The notes under the pieces are model-generated. The model was given only the letters and a program-made list of their open reading frames with translations, searched no databases and was not told the origin of the DNA. DNA of 51,901 bases from an uncultured virus (IMG/VR IMGVR_UViG_3300006103_001171). Its lineage: Duplodnaviria; Heunggongvirae; Uroviricota; Caudoviricetes. The translations under genes and the position numbers were made by a program. The DNA lies in IMG/VR virus record IMGVR_UViG_3300006103_001171. One strand, written 5' to 3'. Each line of letters opens with the position of its first letter. Within the stretch, counting starts at the first letter, position 1. Positions 38,470 to 47,257 of the stretch are shown one piece after another.

Positions 38470-39443
38470 TACTTGGGAAATGTTTTCCATTTCACTTAGG
38501 ACATAAATATCTTATTGATTCAGCAATTAAGCAATGTGATACGGTTCACGTTATGGTTTGTTCACTTAAACGTGAAAATATAGCTGGTGAATTACGTTAT
38601 GAATGGGTTAAAGAAACATATATGAATAACCCTAGTGTGAATGTTATTCATTGTGATGATGAAAATCCTCAACATCCACCAGAATGTGCTAGTGTTGATG
38701 AATTTTATAATAAGTATTGGGTACCGACTGTATACAAGCATGTTAAGGAACTGGATGTTGTATTTACTTCTGAGGATTACGGTGATGAATTTGCCAGTTA
38801 CTTAGGTGTTAAGCATGTGCTTGTTGATAAAGCTAGAACAGCTTATCCTGTATCTGGAACTTCGGTTAGAGAGAATCCTTATGCAAATTGGGATTTAATA
38901 CCTGATAATGTTAAAAAATACTTTATTAAAAAGATTGTTATTTTAGGTCCTGAATCTGTTGGTAAATCAACGATGGTTAAAAAGTTGGCTGAGCATTTGG
39001 GTTGTAAGTATATCGATGAGTTCGGTAGGACTTATACTGAATTAACTGGAACTGATAATCTTCAAATATTTGATTTTGAAGCGATAGCTCATTGGCATAA
39101 TCATCATATTGAAAAGGCTGAAATTGATAAGTACTTAATAATTGATACAGAAGCGATTACAACTAAGATATTTGCTGAAATGTACTTAGGTAAACGTGAA
39201 AGTGAATCTAAATTCATAGATGAAATCATAAGTGAGCAACATTTCGATTTATACTTAGTGCTAAACGTTGATGTTCCTTGGGTTGATGATGGTACAAGAG
39301 ACTTTCCAGAGGGTCGTGAAGAGCATCTAAACACTATTATCTCTAATTTAGAGGAAAGAGGTTTAGAATACAAGCTTATTAGCGGTGATAATTACGATGA
39401 AAGATTTGAAAAAGCCTTAGAAGAAGTTAAAAAGTTGGGATGA
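38442..39443 (+). CDS. nadR: NadR-type NMN adenylyltransferase / ribosylnicotinamide kinase (no HTH)
   Basis: GKxFPFHLGH, SGTSVR, GPESVGKST, PWVDDGTR. Confidence 0.9.
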   Translation: MAKEFKNGLVLGKCFPFHLGHKYLIDSAIKQCDTVHVMVCSLKRENIAGELRYEWVKETYMNNPSVNVIHCDDENPQHPPECASVDEFYNKYWVPTVYKHVKELDVVFTSEDYGDEFASYLGVKHVLVDKARTAYPVSGTSVRENPYANWDLIPDNVKKYFIKKIVILGPESVGKSTMVKKLAEHLGCKYIDEFGRTYTELTGTDNLQIFDFEAIAHWHNHHIEKAEIDKYLIIDTEAITTKIFAEMYLGKRESESKFIDEIISEQHFDLYLVLNVDVPWVDDGTRDFPEGREEHLNTIISNLEERGLEYKLISGDNYDERFEKALEEVKKLG

Positions 39444-40771
39444 CATTTAAATAACAATTAAATCGTTATTTATTTGATTACGGACATTATTGTTCATAAT
39501 CACACTAGTGTAATCCAGTGGCTTTGTCATTGAAGCAAGGTGATTGTCGTAATATCTTTTCATTATGTTGATAGCTGAGTTTAAATCTCTATCTATTTCG
39601 ACATTATCACTTAGTTTAACAGTTCTATCCTTTAACTCAACTTTATCTTTAAATAGCTTACCAGTAAGACTATTCAATTGAGTGGTGTATTTTTCATCAA
39701 TCTTAATTAAATCACATTGTTTATTTTGTGACTTATACTTAAGAAATTCTAAGAACATATTAATATTAGATTCATTAAATGATTTTCTAATACCCTTTTT
39801 ATTCTTATTTACTCCTTCTGTTGACATAAGGGTTTTTACTGTTAAATCGCCAACTACAATTGTTTTGTAGTTCATATTCACTAATTTTTTACTCTGAATA
39901 TGTAGAGTTTGTTTAATTTGACTATTCTTCTTATTATATAGTTTTCTTTTAACTTTATTTAATTTATTAAAGGATTTACTATTCTTTTGTTTTTTGCTTA
40001 ACTTAGACTTAATCTTATTAATCTGTTTACCGAAGTACTGATTAATCCTCTTTGATTTATTTTTAAGAATAACAACGGTACCATTGTTATCCACACCAGT
40101 ACCTAAATTCTTTAGACCTAAATCAATAGCGAGTACTCTTGATTTAATTATTAAATCATCTGAGTAGTTTATTTTATCATCGACAACAATATCACAAAGC
40201 CACTTATTATTAATAAATTTGACTCTAATTTCTTTAATATTTAATTCAGATAAGTTTGTTAAATGACTTGAATATTTAAAATTAATTTTATTTATTGAAA
40301 TTATACTATTTTCTTTGAATATCCAACCATTTAGGTTAAAAACTAATGTATGATACTTTCCGAGTTCTTTTGTCTTTGGTGGTCTAGCTGTATTATCTTT
40401 TTTAATAAGTGTGAAGAAAGATTGGTATGATTGAAATATTTCAGCTGCCACAACTTGTGCTGCTTTTGCATTAAATTGTTTCCAAGATTCCTTGGTTGAA
40501 TATTTCAATGGTGGAATGAGGTTAATTAAATCAAACTTTGAGTATACCTTTTTAGTTGATTCATAGTGTTTTTGCTGAATATCAATAAGAGTGTTCCAAA
40601 TATCCATACGAATATCAGACAACTGTTTTAGTTGAGATACCTGTTCTGTTGTTGGGTGTAACCTTATTGAGTATGTTTTCATTTAATATATAATTAACTT
40701 TATTCTCTGTTATATATTATAAATATCAGGTAAAAATAAAAAAGACAATAAATTTCGAAAAAAGTTGGGAT
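39429..40771. mobile_element. TnpB cassette with 13-bp direct repeat AAAAAGTTGGGAT, no transposase
   Basis: repeat at 39429-39441 and 40759-40771. Confidence 0.75.
39447..40682 (-). CDS. tnpB: TnpB-family RNA-guided nuclease, rearranged RuvC, no Zn finger
   Basis: KTYSIRLHPT; AIDLG; VVGDL; IDEKYTTQ; DRDLNSAINI. Confidence 0.88.
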   Translation of the reverse strand: MKTYSIRLHPTTEQVSQLKQLSDIRMDIWNTLIDIQQKHYESTKKVYSKFDLINLIPPLKYSTKESWKQFNAKAAQVVAAEIFQSYQSFFTLIKKDNTARPPKTKELGKYHTLVFNLNGWIFKENSIISINKINFKYSSHLTNLSELNIKEIRVKFINNKWLCDIVVDDKINYSDDLIIKSRVLAIDLGLKNLGTGVDNNGTVVILKNKSKRINQYFGKQINKIKSKLSKKQKNSKSFNKLNKVKRKLYNKKNSQIKQTLHIQSKKLVNMNYKTIVVGDLTVKTLMSTEGVNKNKKGIRKSFNESNINMFLEFLKYKSQNKQCDLIKIDEKYTTQLNSLTGKLFKDKVELKDRTVKLSDNVEIDRDLNSAINIMKRYYDNHLASMTKPLDYTSVIMNNNVRNQINNDLIVI

Positions 40772-40796
40772 ATTTATAATAAATATCTTAACAAAT

Positions 40797-41657
40797 ATGA
40801 TTTCAAATATAAGAAAAATTTTAAGGGAAAACGTTGATAAAACGATAACTTGTCAGAAGTGTGGTTGGCATTGGAAAGAGTCTGAATCTTCAAAAGAAGA
40901 GATGTATAAGTGCCATAAGTGTGGCCATGATAATAAACTACCAAGACCATTTGTTGACCCAAACCAATTATCATTATTTGAATCGTTAAGGTCTAAAGTA
41001 CTTAACAAAAAGCCTCTAAATGAAAAACTCTTATTAAAGAGTTGGGATGAATATGCTAAACTAGTAACCAAAGCATACGCTGAGGCACCAGAATACGAAT
41101 CAGATGCTGTAAGGCATTGGAACGCTCTTAATCAATCCAATTATACACTATTTAAAAGGCTTTTAAGTAAAATCAATGTACTTTTTGTTACGGTAGATAA
41201 ATCTAAAGTTGGTGGTGTGAATATTCTTGGTAGAAACTATAAGATAATATATCAAGCTGGCGAACCATACGCAACTCAAAGTGAAATGAAAGCTGATTTA
41301 CAAAAAACAGGGACACTTAAAATTAATATAGATTATTCTGACCATCCTATTTTTTCTGTTGAAGATAATATAGTATTTAGAACAGTACATGATTATATTG
41401 TTCATATCTTAGGTAATAAACAATTTGGTGCACAAGGTGAAATAGCTTCATATAATTTACACGCTAAATTAGTACCTAGAGAAGCTATACCAGCCATATT
41501 TACAGAGGTTGTTGGTCAAGCATGTACTAGGGTTGTAACTGGTAGTTTCCCAGTACAAAAAATTGCAATTCTTAAAGGTTTCGATTATCTAAATATTGGT
41601 AAAGTTGAAGACTATGAAATAAAAAATAAAGAATTAGATTTGACTAATCCAAAATAA
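40797..41657 (+). CDS. hypothetical protein (Zn ribbon; FRxVHD...H motif), phage-type promoter
   Basis: CQKC..CHKC; IRKILRE N-terminus. Confidence 0.75.
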   Translation: MISNIRKILRENVDKTITCQKCGWHWKESESSKEEMYKCHKCGHDNKLPRPFVDPNQLSLFESLRSKVLNKKPLNEKLLLKSWDEYAKLVTKAYAEAPEYESDAVRHWNALNQSNYTLFKRLLSKINVLFVTVDKSKVGGVNILGRNYKIIYQAGEPYATQSEMKADLQKTGTLKINIDYSDHPIFSVEDNIVFRTVHDYIVHILGNKQFGAQGEIASYNLHAKLVPREAIPAIFTEVVGQACTRVVTGSFPVQKIAILKGFDYLNIGKVEDYEIKNKELDLTNPK

Positions 41658-41748
41658 AGTCATATATTTGCAGCATGAAACAGTTTATAAAGGATAGAGT
41701 TGAAGATACTTTTCGTATATTTCGATATATTTATTATAAAAGAAAAAT

Positions 41749-42612
41749 ATGCGAACATTTTGGAAGACTGAAGAAGTTGAATTATTAAAAGAATTGTATG
41801 AAAATCAAGGTTTGTCGATAAGTGAATTGTATCCGATTTTTAGTTTGAGATTTAATAGAACTTTAGATAGTGTTAAAGTTAAAATGGGTAAACTTAAACT
41901 AAAACATACTAAAGAACAAATAGCTAAATTAAAATCAAGGTTGAATTCTGGTGAATTAAATGGGATGTACAATAAAACATCTGCAATGAAGGGGTTAACT
42001 AAAGAAAATTCTGAAATTGTTAGATTAAAATCAGAAAAAACGTCTAAAACTAGAATAGAAATGTATAAAAAAGGATTATTACCAGATGTATCTGGGGAAA
42101 ATAATCCAATGTTCGGGGCAACTCCTTGGTCGAAAGGTAAAACAAAATTTAATGATATTAGATTATATAATATTGGGATTAAAAGTTCAATTAGTAAAAA
42201 AGAATTGTGGTTAAAGAAAACTAATGAGGAAAAAGAAATCATAATAAGAAGATTAAATGATGCTATGATTCAAGTTAGGAAACCAACTAAAATTGAATTA
42301 AAAATGGTCGATTATTTAAGTAAATTAGATATTGAATTTATTAAAAATTTTAGAATAAAGAATTTTTTAGTTGATTTTTATTTACCTAATAATAATTTAG
42401 TTATTGAATGTGACGGTGATTATTGGCATGCAAATCCATTAATTTATGAAGGAAAAGAGTTAGATAAGATTCAACTAAAAAATCGTAACAGAGATAGAAA
42501 AAAGGAAGAAATGTTAATAAAATCCAACATTAATCTTGTTCGTTTTTGGGAATTTGATATTAAAAATCATTTTGAAAGTGTTGAACAGAAATTATTAACA
42601 ATGTTAAAATAA
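41749..42612 (+). CDS. Vsr/DUF559-like homing endonuclease
   Basis: GENNPMFG repeats; VDFY..VIECDGDYWH..RFWE. Confidence 0.85.
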   Translation: MRTFWKTEEVELLKELYENQGLSISELYPIFSLRFNRTLDSVKVKMGKLKLKHTKEQIAKLKSRLNSGELNGMYNKTSAMKGLTKENSEIVRLKSEKTSKTRIEMYKKGLLPDVSGENNPMFGATPWSKGKTKFNDIRLYNIGIKSSISKKELWLKKTNEEKEIIIRRLNDAMIQVRKPTKIELKMVDYLSKLDIEFIKNFRIKNFLVDFYLPNNNLVIECDGDYWHANPLIYEGKELDKIQLKNRNRDRKKEEMLIKSNINLVRFWEFDIKNHFESVEQKLLTMLK

Positions 42613-42616
42613 ATAT

Positions 42617-43759
42617 ATGATAGATAAAATTGGTATTAGATATACGTTTAAGATTTCGGTACCACTAGATGTTTTAAAGATAAAAGAAGTTTTTACTAAG
42701 AATGGTCATCAACTATTTCTAGTTGGTGGTTGTATTCGTGATACCATATTAAATGTAACACCTAAAGATTTTGATTTAGTTACAAATGTTTCGCCAGAAG
42801 AGGTTATTAGAATTTTAAAGCATGAAAAGTTTGTTACAACAATATTAGAAACTGGAAAATCATTTGGTGTTATTAATGTTATAACTAGCGATAATGAATT
42901 TGAAATTGCTACGATGCGCAATGATGTGTTTAGTGATACACCAAATGGGAGGCATCCAGACCGTGTTATCTTTGGTGATATTTTTACTGATTGTATGCGA
43001 AGGGATTATACCATGAATGCGCTTTTTTATGACTTAGATACTAATGAAATAATTGACTTCGTTAATGGTGTTAATGATATTGAAAAATCTTTAATTAAGG
43101 CGGTTGGGAATCCAGAAGAAAGATTTAAAGAAGATAAATTACGCAAACTTAGGGGCGTTAGGCTGGCGGCCAGATTTGGCTCTGAATTGGACCCTGAGAT
43201 TGATGCCGCATTAAAAAGAGATGCCAGTCTGGAAGGTATATCTGGTGAAAGAATCAGAGATGAGTTTATAAAGGGTATCAAATCAGCTAAGTCAGTTGTT
43301 AAATTCTTGGAAATGCTTGATAGGTATCATTTATTTAATTGGATATTTAAGGGCTTACATGTAAATAAAGACTTTATTGAGGATAGAAATGTTGTAGTTC
43401 TTATTGCTATTTTATTAAAGGGTAACAACATAGGTGTTATAGCTAAGCAATTGAACAATCTTAAGTATTCTGTTGATGAGATTAAATCAATCACATTCTT
43501 ATTGAGTTTATTGCATTTAACACCTGAGACAGCAGTTGCTTTAAAGAGACAACAAAAGAACGCTTACACATCAAATCATCAAATAATTGATTTTGCTAAC
43601 CGTGAAGGTTTAAATACAAGATTGATACATGCGTTTTTAAATTTTGAGTTGACCGTTACTGGCGAAGAAGTTATGCAAAAGTTCAATTTGAAGCAAGGCA
43701 AAGAGTTAGGTGATATGATAAATAAATTGGAATTGGATAATTTTAAAAAAAGTTTGTAA
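42617..43759 (+). CDS. cca: tRNA nucleotidyltransferase (CCA-adding / poly(A) polymerase family)
   Basis: VGGCIRD..KDFD, RRDYTMNA, RFKEDKLR, SGERIRDE; the tRNA genes here lack encoded CCA. Confidence 0.88.
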   Translation: MIDKIGIRYTFKISVPLDVLKIKEVFTKNGHQLFLVGGCIRDTILNVTPKDFDLVTNVSPEEVIRILKHEKFVTTILETGKSFGVINVITSDNEFEIATMRNDVFSDTPNGRHPDRVIFGDIFTDCMRRDYTMNALFYDLDTNEIIDFVNGVNDIEKSLIKAVGNPEERFKEDKLRKLRGVRLAARFGSELDPEIDAALKRDASLEGISGERIRDEFIKGIKSAKSVVKFLEMLDRYHLFNWIFKGLHVNKDFIEDRNVVVLIAILLKGNNIGVIAKQLNNLKYSVDEIKSITFLLSLLHLTPETAVALKRQQKNAYTSNHQIIDFANREGLNTRLIHAFLNFELTVTGEEVMQKFNLKQGKELGDMINKLELDNFKKSL

Positions 43760-43833
43760 AAAAGTTGTTTATTCAAAATAAGTTCGTATATTTGCATTAT
43801 AATTATAATTTTTAAATTTAAAAAGGTAAAAAG

Positions 43834-44058
43834 ATGAAGACAATCACGTTAGAACCGAGTACTAACACTCACACAATGACAGATGTTTTGGAATCAACAG
43901 CAATTGATACAAGCATCCTTAAGTTAAAAACAAACAAAAAGAGCAAGGTGGTTCACGGCGAACACGGCACTTTGGGTATCGAAAGCGAACACGTAATCAA
44001 ATACGTTCAGCAAGAACTTAACCCGATTACCAAGAAGTTGCAAAACGCTTGGGACTAA
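43834..44058 (+). CDS. hypothetical protein
   Basis: HGEH motif; own promoter and terminator. Confidence 0.7.
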   Translation: MKTITLEPSTNTHTMTDVLESTAIDTSILKLKTNKKSKVVHGEHGTLGIESEHVIKYVQQELNPITKKLQNAWD

Positions 44059-44184
44059 AAAATTTAGAAAAGAGAAAGCCAAAAACTTTCTCTTTTTTAT
44101 TTTAAAAAAAAATTTGTTCGTTTCAAAAAAAGCTGTATATTTGCATTCTAAATAATTTATTAATAATTAAAAAAAAAAAAGACA

Positions 44185-44943
44185 ATGAAATTAATTTGGA
44201 GAGAGTTTAATTTTAATTCAGTTTATTACGACACTGAAAAAAAAGAAATGGTTAGTTGTACAACAGCTGAATTTCTTAGGTACTTAAAGGGTGTTTATAC
44301 CAATAAGGAGCGATTCATTAATCGTTTCATTGATAGGCACAAAGCAACAATGGTAGAATATGACTTGAAGGGTCATAGTGAGCCAGATTACAATATCTGC
44401 ATTGAGTTCTTTGATAAGTTGGTAGCTGATTACGATGCTGCGAAACCATTCACTTTCAAGGAATCATTCGAGTTGGAAAACAAAGAGTTTCAAGCATTGG
44501 TATTCTCTTCAATTGATATTACCGATATGATTTCTCAATTGGGTGCTAAGAGAATTAAGACTGATGGTATTGAGTTGGACCAAAATATCTATGATGATGA
44601 TGGTAACCTTCTTGGTAAAGAAAAGAGGTCTAATATCTACGAGGTTCACGAAGTTGATGGTGAGAAATTGGGCTTGGAAGAAAAGTTGTATGTTGTTAAG
44701 TGCTGGTGTACAACAACAGATAAGGAACATTGGTTGTGGATTGATGATAAATACAAAGACGACCCATTAACAGCGATTGCCTCAACGTTCATGGTGCACG
44801 AAAATGTTATCCCACATATTAAGTGCTTAAAAAGACAAGGTGATGTTCTTTTGGCTGAAATGACTAAGGAAGTTACACCTGAGGGTGAGATTGTTTCTTT
44901 GACAAAAGACCAATACTTCTCTTTGTTAGCAGCACAAGCTTAA
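44185..44943 (+). CDS. hypothetical protein
   Basis: VKCWCTTT..H..W; RQGD motifs. Confidence 0.75.
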   Translation: MKLIWREFNFNSVYYDTEKKEMVSCTTAEFLRYLKGVYTNKERFINRFIDRHKATMVEYDLKGHSEPDYNICIEFFDKLVADYDAAKPFTFKESFELENKEFQALVFSSIDITDMISQLGAKRIKTDGIELDQNIYDDDGNLLGKEKRSNIYEVHEVDGEKLGLEEKLYVVKCWCTTTDKEHWLWIDDKYKDDPLTAIASTFMVHENVIPHIKCLKRQGDVLLAEMTKEVTPEGEIVSLTKDQYFSLLAAQA

Positions 44944-44999
44944 AGTTTATTTTTTAATTTATAAAGGAGAGGGCAACCTCTCTTTTTTATTATAACTAT

Positions 45000-45308
45000 A
45001 TGAATCAATTAAACGAAAAAAGTCAACCACATGGCTTATGGGTTGAATATTATAAAGACGGTAAAATACGTAGTGAGCATAATTGGTTAAATAGTGACCG
45101 ACATGGTGTTTGTAAGGACTATCATGAAAATGGTGTCCTGTTTATTGATGCTGTGTATAAAAATGGCAAAAGAGTTACTTGGTCTAGATATTTCGAAAAT
45201 GGTAGTCTAGAAGTCTTTGAGCTTTATGATAAAATGGGTTTATGTTATATGAAATTTTTTAATCACAGTGGTGATATAAACCAACGTTTTCATCGTTTTT
45301 TACTTTAA
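45000..45308 (+). CDS. MORN-variant repeat protein
   Basis: HG.W.EYYKDG / HG..KDYHENG repeats. Confidence 0.75.
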   Translation: MNQLNEKSQPHGLWVEYYKDGKIRSEHNWLNSDRHGVCKDYHENGVLFIDAVYKNGKRVTWSRYFENGSLEVFELYDKMGLCYMKFFNHSGDINQRFHRFLL

Positions 45309-45343
45309 CATTATTTGCATATATTTATTAGAAAAATAAATAT

Positions 45344-45694
45344 ATGGCAAAATATCTTGTAATTTTTAGTGATAATCACGGTGAAGAATTTGATGTTAAT
45401 GGCTTTAGACTTATGACTGAAAAAGAAGCTGATAAGTTTGAGGATTTAGCGAATAACATTAATTTTGAATTTCATTATTACGCAAACTCAGAGTCTTTAT
45501 CTTATTCAAATGGTGAAGACTTCTTATCCAGAATTGAATTTAAGCAAGTATCTAACGAAGAGTACGAAAAACTTGATAAGTTATTTGGTGGTCAATTTGG
45601 AATCTTTATTGGTGAAGAGTACTTAAATATGGTTCTTAAAGGTGAATCAGATGATAACGATGAAGAAAACGATGATTATAATGACAATTGGTGA
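45344..45694 (+). CDS. acidic hypothetical protein
   Basis: phage-type promoter. Confidence 0.65.
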   Translation: MAKYLVIFSDNHGEEFDVNGFRLMTEKEADKFEDLANNINFEFHYYANSESLSYSNGEDFLSRIEFKQVSNEEYEKLDKLFGGQFGIFIGEEYLNMVLKGESDDNDEENDDYNDNW

Positions 45695-45763
45695 AAAACT
45701 TTAAAAAAGATTTGTCTAATTCAAAATAACCACGTATATTTGCACTTCAAATAGCTAATAAAG

Positions 45764-47056
45764 ATGAAGTGTATTAAAACAAGGAAAATTCAGTTGTTGC
45801 CATTAGGTGATTTTAATGAAACCTACAAATACGTTAATAATTTAAGTTCAGGCTTAGCGTCACTCGGTAATGAAATGATAAGGAGACATGTTTTATCATT
45901 TTATGAAATGGACGTACTAAAAGATTCAACTCCAGATGCTAAAACTAGAACTAATCTAATGAAGGAAAAATACGGAATGTCACTCCAAAATATGGGTTAT
46001 GATGTTTCAAAAAAGTATTCAGCCACAATTCCTTCGAATATTCGCACAACATTTAATCAAAAGGTCTTTAAAAAAATAAAAGACAGTTATTTTGGTATTT
46101 CAATAAATAAAGAATCTATACCATCATTCAGAAAAGACTCAATGGCAATTCCATTTAGTTATGATAATAATATCAGTTTGAACGAATTTGGGGTGTATGA
46201 TTTTAAATTCTTTAATAATGTCAATTTTAAATTAAACTTTGGACGTGATAGGTCTAATAATAAAGTTATCATTGACAGAATTTTATCTAATGAATATAAG
46301 CCATTATCTTCACATATAAAAATTGATAAGAAAAAAATATTCTTAGATTTAACATATTCTTTTGACTCAGATGAAAATGTTAACATATCTAAAGATAAAA
46401 TTGTTGGTGTTGATTTAGGTATAAATAGACCTATGACAATTGCTAGGGAAGATGGTACTTATGCAAAACAAATAGAAATCGGTGGTAAGATTCAATACTC
46501 TAGATTATCAATTCAAAAACAAAGAAGAAGCTTACAAAGTGCTTTAAGGCATTCATCTGGTGGTCATGGTACTGGTAAAAAAATAGCTAAATTAAAATCA
46601 TTAAAAGATTATGAACATAATTTCATGAAAACCACTAATGATACACTAAGTCGTGAATTAATAAAATATTGCGTTAATGAAGGTGTTGGTGTAATTAAAT
46701 TAGAAAATCTAACTGGTATAACAGAAAATGCTAATAATTTTCTTAAGTCTTGGTCTTATTATCAATTACAACAAATGATTGAGTATAAAGCTGCTGAATT
46801 TGGAATTACAGTATTATATGTTAATCCTAGATATACCTCTCAAACTTGTCCAACTTGTGGCAATATTGATAAAACTCAAAGAGATTCAAAGGATAAAACA
46901 AAATTTGCTTGTTCAAATGAAATTTGTTCTGATATTAATATAAATAAAGATGCTGATATTATTGGTGCCTTTAATATCTCAAAAAGAGATGGTGTTATCG
47001 CTTCTAAAAAAATATTACAAGAAAAAAGTGATAAAAAGTTGTTAGTTTCAGAATAA
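45764..47056 (+). CDS. compact type V effector, Cas12f-like (430 aa)
   Basis: RuvC-I GVDLG, RuvC-II KLENL, YTSQTCPTC Zn finger, RuvC-III DADIIGAFNI; adjacent to CRISPR array. Confidence 0.85.
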   Translation: MKCIKTRKIQLLPLGDFNETYKYVNNLSSGLASLGNEMIRRHVLSFYEMDVLKDSTPDAKTRTNLMKEKYGMSLQNMGYDVSKKYSATIPSNIRTTFNQKVFKKIKDSYFGISINKESIPSFRKDSMAIPFSYDNNISLNEFGVYDFKFFNNVNFKLNFGRDRSNNKVIIDRILSNEYKPLSSHIKIDKKKIFLDLTYSFDSDENVNISKDKIVGVDLGINRPMTIAREDGTYAKQIEIGGKIQYSRLSIQKQRRSLQSALRHSSGGHGTGKKIAKLKSLKDYEHNFMKTTNDTLSRELIKYCVNEGVGVIKLENLTGITENANNFLKSWSYYQLQQMIEYKAAEFGITVLYVNPRYTSQTCPTCGNIDKTQRDSKDKTKFACSNEICSDININKDADIIGAFNISKRDGVIASKKILQEKSDKKLLVSE

Positions 47057-47074
47057 GTTCGTATATTTGCATAA

Positions 47075-47240
47075 ATAAAAAAAGTTCTTTTACATATTGA
47101 GCCTAACGGCTGGGCTGGTTGTTCAGCCTTAAGGTGAATCCACGAATAAACGTGGTGATACTCTAGAGTATTGGAGGAAACTCACTCACCAAATACCTTT
47201 AAATATAGGGTTTATAATGTCGTTAATGGTATAAACAATT
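47075..47240 (+). ncRNA. putative tracrRNA (ends approximate)
   Basis: promoter TATATTTG 47062-47069; anti-repeat ATACCTTT-AAATATAGGGT 47193-47211; hairpin loop GTTGTT 47118-47123 complementary to repeat 3' end AACAAC. Confidence 0.75.
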
Positions 47241-47257
47241 AAGAAATGCGCTATTCA

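Noticed and set aside
45764..47056. Nuclease-dead Cas12f acting with a sigma factor
   Set aside because: All three RuvC acidic residues are present, and the only sigma is RpoD-like and about 29 kb away
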